Shown: positions 1 through 5,206 of the stretch, one piece after another
Layout: every line of letters starts with the position of its first letter
Position numbering within the stretch: position 1 is the first letter of the stretch
IMG/VR virus record: IMGVR_UViG_2695420487_000009
From: a virus
Lineage: Duplodnaviria > Heunggongvirae > Uroviricota > Caudoviricetes
Strand: one strand, 5' to 3'
Length of the DNA stretch: 7,739 nt
The notes under the pieces: model-generated
Database searches by the model: none
What the model saw: only the letters and a program-made list of their open reading frames with translations
What the model was told of the DNA's origin: nothing
Program-made: the position numbers and the translations under genes

Positions 1-573
1 CGCGTCCGCACTGAATGTCCCCTCCGCGCCCTGGGTGAATGCCGAACCACCACGACAGCATGGTACCAGCAGGATCCCCGCGTTATTCGGGATATACGGG
101 AGCAGTTTTTTGGCAATATGTAAACCCTGGCCGACACAGCCGTACTGCCCTTTGCTCAGGTCAGCCCTCGGATGATTCAGCGTACTCATATCCTGCACAT
201 CATGCAGACAGTGGTCAGCCGGAATAATATCGTTATATCTGCAGGCAGCCCCGCCCGGCGTCACTGTACTGCGGCGCGCCAGCTGTTTAATGCGCGGATC
301 CGGAGCATCGTATGAATCCGGCAGCGGAAGCCCTTCACCGTAAGCCATGGCATTGGACTGCCCGGCCAGTACGATGACGTAGTACCAATCCGGCTCAGAT
401 GAAGGGCCGACCTGTGGCTCTCCTTCAATAGCCACCGCCTGCATCAGTGTGTACGGCGTAATGGCAACCGGTCCGCCGTATGGCTGCCAGCCCTCTTTCA
501 GTTTGTGTGTCAGCTTTTCCGCAAGATCTGACGGCGACGCCGCCCTGACAACATCATAATGTTTAATCGACAT
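1..573 (-). CDS. Prophage sialate O-acetylesterase-like protein (nanS-p-like; DUF1737 N-terminal domain followed by SGNH/SASA esterase domain); only the first ~191 codons are in the window, gene continues past position 1
   Basis: Reverse-complement translation from the ATG at 573 gives MSIKHYDVVRAASPSDLAEKLTHKLKEGWQPYGGPVAITPYTLMQAVAIEGEPQVGPSSEPDWYYVIVLAGQSNAMAYGEGLPLPDSYDAPDPRIKQLARR... with no stop before the window edge. The N-terminus looks like the DUF1737 fold found at the start of prophage esterases, and GQSNAMAYG is the catalytic-serine block of SASA/SGNH sialate O-acetylesterases. An SD-like GGGAG lies 7 nt upstream of the ATG. Position (downstream of Q and a moron) matches the stx-nanS-p arrangement of Stx phages. 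Confidence 0.7.
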   Translation of the reverse strand, partial: MSIKHYDVVRAASPSDLAEKLTHKLKEGWQPYGGPVAITPYTLMQAVAIEGEPQVGPSSEPDWYYVIVLAGQSNAMAYGEGLPLPDSYDAPDPRIKQLARRSTVTPGGAACRYNDIIPADHCLHDVQDMSTLNHPRADLSKGQYGCVGQGLHIAKKLLPYIPNNAGILLVPCCRGGSAFTQGAEGTFSADA

Positions 574-659
574 CGAATTTCTCCCGTGTACAGGAACAGA
601 GTTAAAAAGCCGGAACCGGAATCAAATCACAGGATGACCATCTGCCAGTGGCAGGTCAT

Positions 660-685
660 AAAAAAAAGCTGCGCAATGCGCAGCC
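660..685 (-). terminator. Rho-independent terminator read on the minus strand (7-bp GC-rich stem, 3-nt loop, followed by a U9 tract)
   Basis: Plus strand 660-668 is A9 and 669-685 is GCTGCGC-AAT-GCGCAGC (perfect inverted repeat). On the minus strand this is a hairpin followed by nine U. It lies between the membrane-protein moron and the esterase gene. Confidence 0.55.
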
Positions 686-1114
686 AGAACTCACAAGGAA
701 AATGATAAAAGGAATAACACTAGTGATGTACGCATGGCGCCTCCCGCTAAGTTCTGCAATGATCAAACAGAACTCGCTACGTGCCCTTAAAACTCGATCA
801 TTTAGCCCCTCCAAGGAGGATTCACCATGCGGTTGGTTTTTTAATAAACAGTAAACAAAAAAGTCAAGAATTATTCATTCTGTTCTTTCATCATCGGCCA
901 CAGCAATACCACAATGCCGCAGACCAGAGCGCCATCAGTCAGTACCAACATTATCCTGCTGGTGAAATCCATCATCACCATCACTAAAAGCAGGATCACA
1001 ACAGCAAGCAGACACAGTTTATAAAACAATGTTCAGAAAACGCATTCAGCATGCCTGAGGTTCTATTCCTACGAATAGCCAACTTGCAACTTAAAATATT
1101 ATTTATGCAGCCAA

Positions 1115-1831
1115 TTAAATTCTGGTCCTTACAATATCAACCTGAAGATTCTTATCTTGTGCTGATTGATAAATGACAAACCTTTTACTACCTGCATTGA
1201 AAGAAGTAGACAAAACCAGACAATTATCATAACGAGCAAGAACATAATACCAACCATCATTATAATTAATCATTTCATATTCTTTCTTAAACTGTGGTTT
1301 GTAATATCCTGTCAGAAATGAAAAAAGCCAGAAATATGCCACAAAAGCAATCATCACAATCTCAAAAAAATGTTTTTTTATAAATGGCTTATCATAGAAG
1401 CATGATACCGATAAAAATCGCCCATAAGATCTTATCGAAATTGTAACCGCCAGCGCAATCGCTGCTGACAGTAGCAAAAGAGGTACCTGAATCTTCTGTC
1501 TCAATATAGAAAACTCAATAATTGCCGGCACAAACAATAATTCCACAGCAAAATAAAGGCGAAATACATTTAGCTCTTGCATAGAATGTTTTCTTTTCAC
1601 TGCGAAAAAGAATACAACACCAATACCCCAACCGATAAGAAATATAGCAATGACGATAACTGCAAAAAATAAACTTCTGGCAACATCATCAACACCTGCA
1701 CCTACAATCCACCATGGGAAGCCGTAGTAAAAAGAAGTACCCCATCCATAGAAATAAGCACTCCCCCATCCAAGGCATCCCATGTAGGCAATAAAAAGTG
1801 AAGAACTCCTGAGCAGCGCACCATCCTTCAT
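1115..1831 (-). CDS. Polytopic inner-membrane protein of unknown function (about 5 predicted TM helices plus a ~50-aa C-terminal soluble tail); AT-rich moron downstream of Q
   Basis: Open frame 1115..1873 on the minus strand (252 codons). Hydrophobic runs include SLFIAYMGCLGWGSAYFYGWGTSFYYGFPWWIVGAG, SLFFAVIVIAIFLIGWGIGVVFFFAV, LYFAVELLFVPAIIEFSIL, VPLLLLSAAIALAVTISI and FFEIVMIAFVAYFWLFSFLTGYY. I favour the third in-frame ATG (1831, MKDGALLRSSS...) because it is preceded by a G-rich SD-like GGGGTGG, and the first ATG (1873) sits inside a candidate -10 element; 1873 and 1858 remain possible starts. Composition is clearly more AT-rich than the flanking Q and esterase genes. Confidence 0.6.
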   Translation of the reverse strand: MKDGALLRSSSLFIAYMGCLGWGSAYFYGWGTSFYYGFPWWIVGAGVDDVARSLFFAVIVIAIFLIGWGIGVVFFFAVKRKHSMQELNVFRLYFAVELLFVPAIIEFSILRQKIQVPLLLLSAAIALAVTISIRSYGRFLSVSCFYDKPFIKKHFFEIVMIAFVAYFWLFSFLTGYYKPQFKKEYEMINYNDGWYYVLARYDNCLVLSTSFNAGSKRFVIYQSAQDKNLQVDIVRTRI

Positions 1832-2010
1832 AACCACCCCAATACAAGATGGTAACATTGGCTTACAACTCATAACAAAAGCAATTCAATGCCGTCAAGA
1901 GGTTACAGGCTAAAAAAACTCTATTACATTGCAGTCAGCATGTTTACTACACAAATACAATTCAGAGCATAAAAACTACTCGGCGGCAGGTTATTGAGCT
2001 CATCAATGAC

Positions 2011-2067
2011 ATGTAAAAAATGCCCATTATTGGTGTCAAGTTTCCCCAAAGTTATTCAAAAAGTCAA
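2011..2067 (-). promoter_or_regulatory. PR'-like Q-dependent late promoter with qut-type architecture
   Basis: On the minus strand just after the Q stop: TTGACT (2067..2062), a 17-nt spacer TTTTGAATAACTTTGGG, GAAACT (2044..2039), then TGACACCAATAATGGG. This parallels my recollection of lambda PR' (TTGACT-TATTGAATAAAATTGGG-TAAATT-TGACTCAACGATGGG), including the Q-binding spacer and a start-proximal -10-like pause element. The -10 hexamer here is weaker, and an overlapping TTGACA-17-TTACAT alternative exists. Confidence 0.5.
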
Positions 2068-2109
2068 TATTATGCCGTTAATATGTTGCCATCCGTGGCA
2101 ATCATGGCG

Positions 2110-2733
2110 CTAACGTGTGATCGCATTCAAAATGTTGTCTGCGATTGACTCTTCCTTGTGGCATTGCACAACCAGAGCGTCATACAGCGGCTTAACAGTG
2201 CGTGACCAGGTGGGTTGAGTAAGGTTTGGGATTAGCATCGTTACAGCGCGATATGCGGCGCTTGCTGGCATTCTTGAATAGCCGACACCTTTGCATCTTC
2301 CGCATTCTTTCTCAACAACTCTCCCCCACAGCTCTGTTTTGGCTATATCAACTGCCCGACCTGTACCGTGGCAATCTCTGCATCTTGCGCCCGGCGTCGC
2401 GGCACTACGGCAATAATCCGCATAAGCAAATATTGCGAGCACTTGCAGTACCTTTGCCTTAGTATTTCCTTCGAGCTTTGCCACACCACGGTATTTCCCC
2501 GATACCTTGTGTGCAAATTGCATCAGATAGTTGATAGCCTTTTGTTTGTCGTTCTGGCTGAGTTCGTGCTTACCACAGAATGCAGCCATTCCGAATCCGG
2601 CTTGTGATTGCGCCATTCCCATAGCAGCCATCACATCAGTACCGGAAAGAGAGTCAGAAGCCGTAGCCCGTGGTGAGTCGCTCATCATCGGGCTTTTTGG
2701 CGAATGAAATTTAGCTACGCTTTCGAGTCTCAT
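2110..2733 (-). CDS. Q: Late-gene antiterminator Q (lambda type)
   Basis: 207-aa product [207 protein letters not shown] matches lambda Q as I recall it over essentially its full length, including the CxxC...CxxC zinc-binding region. Its ATG overlaps the stop of the upstream phosphatase gene (ATGA), and it is followed by a PR'-like promoter. Confidence 0.95.
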   Translation of the reverse strand: MRLESVAKFHSPKSPMMSDSPRATASDSLSGTDVMAAMGMAQSQAGFGMAAFCGKHELSQNDKQKAINYLMQFAHKVSGKYRGVAKLEGNTKAKVLQVLAIFAYADYCRSAATPGARCRDCHGTGRAVDIAKTELWGRVVEKECGRCKGVGYSRMPASAAYRAVTMLIPNLTQPTWSRTVKPLYDALVVQCHKEESIADNILNAITR

Positions 2734-3395
2734 GCGCCTTCTCCCTGTACCTGAATCAATGTGAGGTTTCCGCAGAACACTGCGCCGGTATCGATATACA
2801 TCTGGTTGGCAAACTTGAGTGGTTTCACTGCTGGCGTATGACCAAAGATGAACGTGTCCGCGCCTTTGATTTCTTTCACGATCCCGTCTTGTGAGTTGCT
2901 GATTCGTTCGCGGTTCCAGATTACCTGCTGATGATCAACTGGCTTTCCAAACTCGTATTCGTCACAAGGATAATCGGCGTGGCAGATGACATATTTTTTA
3001 TCTTTGCTCACCAGTTCGATGATTAACGGAAGTTCTTCTGCTTTATGGGCAAGAGCTTTAGCCAGAATTTCTTTGTCGTAATCGAGATTAAAGAACCAGC
3101 CACCGCCATTAAGCAGCCAGTGATTGACGTTTCCACGCTCTGATAAGCCATCAATCATCATGTGCTCATGGTTTCCACGTACAGCTCTGAACCAGGGGAA
3201 TGTGATTAATTCCAGGCATTCAACGTTCTCTGCACCACGATCAACCAAATCGCCAACCGAGATAAGCAGGTCTTTTTTGGTGTCGAATCCTATCGTCTCC
3301 AGTTTTTTCATCAGGTTCGTGTAGCATCCGTGCAGATCGCCAACTACCCAAATATTTCGGTATTTGCTGCCATCAATTTTTTCGTAATAGCGCAT
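2730..3395 (-). CDS. ninI: Serine/threonine protein phosphatase, lambda ORF221 type (calcineurin-like metallophosphoesterase)
   Basis: From the ATG at 3395 the product is 221 aa, [25 protein letters not shown]...GDLVDRG...GNHE..., carrying the GDxHG, GDxxDRG and GNHE phosphoesterase signature blocks and matching lambda phosphatase as I recall it. The longer frame from 3470 (246 aa) adds an N-terminal extension that overlaps ninH and is not expected. Confidence 0.9.
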   Translation of the reverse strand: MRYYEKIDGSKYRNIWVVGDLHGCYTNLMKKLETIGFDTKKDLLISVGDLVDRGAENVECLELITFPWFRAVRGNHEHMMIDGLSERGNVNHWLLNGGGWFFNLDYDKEILAKALAHKAEELPLIIELVSKDKKYVICHADYPCDEYEFGKPVDHQQVIWNRERISNSQDGIVKEIKGADTFIFGHTPAVKPLKFANQMYIDTGAVFCGNLTLIQVQGEGA

Positions 3396-3579
3396 CTCTT
3401 TCACTCCATCCGCGATGAACCATGAGAACGTCGTTGACGATGGCGTGCATTTTCCCGTCTTTATCATCAACGTATTTTCTGACCGTACCGCGACTACATT
3501 TCAGTCTGCGTGCTACTTCTGTCTGGTTTCCGTATGCTTCAACGAGCATGTCTGGAATGGTTTTTACTGAGAACGTCAT
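3373..3579 (-). CDS. ninH: NinH (68-aa lambda nin-region protein, small DNA-binding-like)
   Basis: 68-aa product [68 protein letters not shown] corresponds to lambda NinH in length and sequence as I recall it. Its start overlaps the ninG stop and its end overlaps the ninI start, the typical nin-operon coupling. Confidence 0.85.
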   Translation of the reverse strand: MTFSVKTIPDMLVEAYGNQTEVARRLKCSRGTVRKYVDDKDGKMHAIVNDVLMVHRGWSERDALLRKN

Positions 3580-4178
3580 GCGGCCTCACTTCTGCTATTT
3601 CGCAGGTCTTTGAGTTTCTGCTGATACTCCGCCTTAATGGCCCTGCACTCTTCGACAGTCCAGCGATGGCGGTTATGGTTTGATTCGATTTCGTCTACTG
3701 CTTCCTGCCCGATGCGGTTAATCAGTTCGACGCGATACGGAACGAGATTTCCGCTTTTATGTTGGTTGCACACCACGCATTGCTTGTGAATATTGCGTTC
3801 ATCAAATCGGAGTTGAGGCGCCGCAGCAGTTGTCCGGTAATGCCCGGCATCCCACTGAGCAGACGTGAGCGTTCCGCACGAGATACATGGTAAGTCGCGA
3901 TCTCTTTCTCTGATGAAGGCGTTTACGGCTTGTTGGGCTTGTTTAATCCAGTAACTGCGGGGCTTTAAGGCGAGTTTTCGAATCTTCAGTTTATCTTTCT
4001 GTTTCTGCTCCTCTCGTCGTCGTTTCTTCTCTGCTGCTTTTTCCGCTTTTTCGCGTTCTTTGCTTCGTCGTTCGAGTGCTATCTTGGTTCCACAAATCTC
4101 ATTACACCAATATTGATTTTGATATTTTGGTATAAACCATTCATTGCAACATTTACATTTCCTTCGATAGATTCGCAT
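3576..4178 (-). CDS. ninG: NinG/Rap-family recombination-promoting protein with a divergent N-terminal ~30 residues
   Basis: From the ATG at 4178 (strong SD AAGGAG 5 nt upstream) the 200-aa product is [104 protein letters not shown]...[70 protein letters not shown]. From GTKIALE onward it matches lambda NinG as I recall it; the first ~30 residues are divergent and encoded by AT-rich codons. The ORF-track start at 4238 lies inside the upstream endonuclease gene and is rejected. Confidence 0.85.
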   Translation of the reverse strand: MRIYRRKCKCCNEWFIPKYQNQYWCNEICGTKIALERRSKEREKAEKAAEKKRRREEQKQKDKLKIRKLALKPRSYWIKQAQQAVNAFIRERDRDLPCISCGTLTSAQWDAGHYRTTAAAPQLRFDERNIHKQCVVCNQHKSGNLVPYRVELINRIGQEAVDEIESNHNRHRWTVEECRAIKAEYQQKLKDLRNSRSEAA

Positions 4179-4719
4179 AAGTGCTCCTTTCGTTGCCGGA
4201 AAAATCACCGTAATACTTATCTCGGGCTTCTTCAGCAACTAGTACCGCTAACTCCAGATCATCAAAGCATCCGAAGTGTTTACTCTTGCCATGGAATCCT
4301 AGCCTAACATTCCATTTTTTCTGTCGTTTGTGCCAAGTAACCCCTCTGCAACCTGATTTGCTATTCTTTCGGATCCTTATATTTCTTGAATTTTCTATTG
4401 GCAGGCATTCTCTTAAATTTTCTGGCCTATTGTCGGTCCTAATTCCATTAACGTGGTCAATTTGACCAGCAGGCCAACGATTATGAGTTATGTAAAAAAC
4501 TAAGACGTGAGTTTTATATCTACGCCCATCTATCATGATCATTGAATAACCGTTGGAATCAAAAGTTCCAGCAACACTATTTAATGCTATCCTTCCCTGA
4601 GTGGGAACTTTCCATCTAAATACCCCGGTAGATTTATCGAAACTTAGTAACTCAAATATCCTTTTAACAGTTAAATCTTCTCTTTTACGGTTACATCGTC
4701 TTCGCGCTGGTTTAGCCAT
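4153..4719 (-). CDS. HNH homing endonuclease with C-terminal AP2-type DNA-binding domain, translated from the original ninG start codon (first 9 residues MAKPARRRC are ninG-derived)
   Basis: Product [188 protein letters not shown]. The block [27 protein letters not shown] is an HNH_3-type catalytic motif, and [49 protein letters not shown] is an AP2-like domain; this pairing is typical of free-standing phage homing endonucleases. The region is visibly AT-rich relative to the flanking nin genes. The upstream GTG at 4800 is an alternative but less likely start. Confidence 0.8.
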   Translation of the reverse strand: MAKPARRRCNRKREDLTVKRIFELLSFDKSTGVFRWKVPTQGRIALNSVAGTFDSNGYSMIMIDGRRYKTHVLVFYITHNRWPAGQIDHVNGIRTDNRPENLRECLPIENSRNIRIRKNSKSGCRGVTWHKRQKKWNVRLGFHGKSKHFGCFDDLELAVLVAEEARDKYYGDFSGNERSTYANLSKEM

Positions 4720-4828
4720 CGCCTTCTTCCTCCGTAATGGTTTTCTGAATTTGGCCACCTGAACAGAGCTCACCAAAGCTATGGATGTCGGTATTTCCAC
4801 AATACCAAGATGGCGAAAATAACTGCAT
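4712..4828 (-). CDS. ninF: NinF-like small cysteine-containing protein (38 aa)
   Basis: Minus-strand frame from ATG 4828: [38 protein letters not shown], ending in a TAA that overlaps the ninG-derived ATG. Termini resemble lambda NinF (M.SPS... and ...EEEDDG) as I recall it, and the position immediately 5' of ninG fits. It falls below the ORF-track length cut-off; short length makes this moderate confidence. Confidence 0.5.
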   Translation of the reverse strand: MQLFSPSWYCGNTDIHSFGELCSGGQIQKTITEEEGDG

Positions 4829-4918
4829 GATAAGCCTCAGGGAAAAGGGAAGACACTACCCCCGATAATTCAGAAACAAATCGAAATACATGAACTAAAG
4901 AAAAAACCACAACAAACA

Positions 4919-4972
4919 GAAATAGAAATAGAAATAGAAATAGAAATAGAAATAGAAATAGAAATAGAAATA
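4919..4972. repeat. Perfect tandem hexanucleotide repeat (GAAATA)x9
   Basis: Direct reading: nine uninterrupted GAAATA units, 54 bp, in the intergenic region between the minus-strand nin genes and the divergent plus-strand 617-codon gene. Confidence 0.95.
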
Positions 4973-5158
4973 TTAAAACAGACCACCACATTCCTGATGT
5001 CATACTCACTAAACAATTTTTCGACAACATGGTAGCTCATAGAACGTTATCGTGTAGACACCCTCTGCTACGTATTCGGTGTTCAGTGCAATATCTACAA
5101 ATACTGGAAAAATCTAAAATCGAGGCAAGTTTTTGGTGATAACTATAGTTAGACTATA

Positions 5159-5187
5159 TTGACGACCTGATGTGCTGTATGTAATAA
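5159..5187 (+). promoter_or_regulatory. Candidate sigma70 promoter for the 617-codon gene (TTGACG, 17-nt spacer, TAATAA)
   Basis: TTGACG at 5159-5164, a 17-nt spacer, then TAATAA at 5182-5187 with a TG dinucleotide immediately upstream, about 20-75 nt before the candidate start codons. Sequence-only prediction in AT-rich DNA, where such matches are common. Confidence 0.3.
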
Positions 5188-5206
5188 CTAACAAAAAATA
5201 TTTTCC

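Noticed and set aside
39-227. Plus-strand ORF 39..227
   Set aside because: Antisense to the esterase gene, whose frame has clear DUF1737/SGNH features.
648-987. Plus-strand ORFs 648..854 and 781..987 in the intergenic region
   Set aside because: No convincing RBS, overlapping each other, low-complexity products (one ends in a His-rich run), and the region contains a minus-strand terminator; more likely non-coding. The AAGGAGG at about 815-821 is followed only by a 5-codon frame.
573-2110. tRNA genes between Q and the downstream moron, as found upstream of stx in Stx phages
   Set aside because: I looked for T-loop-like GGTTCGAATCC/GGTTCAAATCC signatures on both strands and found none; this is a by-eye search only, so a tRNA scan (tRNAscan-SE) would be needed to exclude them formally.
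2226-2607. Plus-strand ORFs 2226..2462 and 2368..2607
   Set aside because: Both are antisense to the strongly supported Q gene, lack RBS, and have no recognisable features; shadow ORFs.
2730-3470. Long 246-aa version of the phosphatase ORF starting at 3470
   Set aside because: The extra 25 N-terminal residues overlap ninH in another frame and are absent from the lambda ORF221-type phosphatase; the ATG at 3395 (MRYYEK...) gives the expected 221-aa protein.
3124-3613. Plus-strand ORFs 3124..3324 and 3422..3613
   Set aside because: Antisense to the ninI and ninH/ninG genes; shadow ORFs.
3576-4238. Long 220-aa version of ninG starting at 4238
   Set aside because: The upstream 20 codons lie inside the HNH endonuclease gene in a different frame; the ATG at 4178 has a strong AAGGAG RBS.
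4113-4307. Plus-strand ORF 4113..4307
   Set aside because: Antisense to the ninG start and HNH endonuclease 3' end; no support.
4153-4800. Possibility that the HNH element is an intein or a group I intron within ninG
   Set aside because: The endonuclease frame ends in a stop codon and ninG restarts with its own RBS and ATG, so it is not an in-frame intein. The downstream ninG start duplicates the N-terminal RRxC region rather than continuing from residue 10, which argues against an intron whose splicing would restore a single ninG. I could not evaluate group I secondary structure by eye, so an intron is not absolutely excluded.
4919-4972. Tandem repeat as a possible CRISPR array
   Set aside because: Units are 6 bp, identical and directly abutting, with no spacers; this is a microsatellite, not a CRISPR array.
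4779-5030. 83-aa minus-strand ORF containing an FLFLFL... run
   Set aside because: The poly-(FL) stretch is just the translation of the (TATTTC)n repeat. The frame overlaps the better-supported ninF-like gene, has no RBS, and is most likely a repeat-generated artefact.
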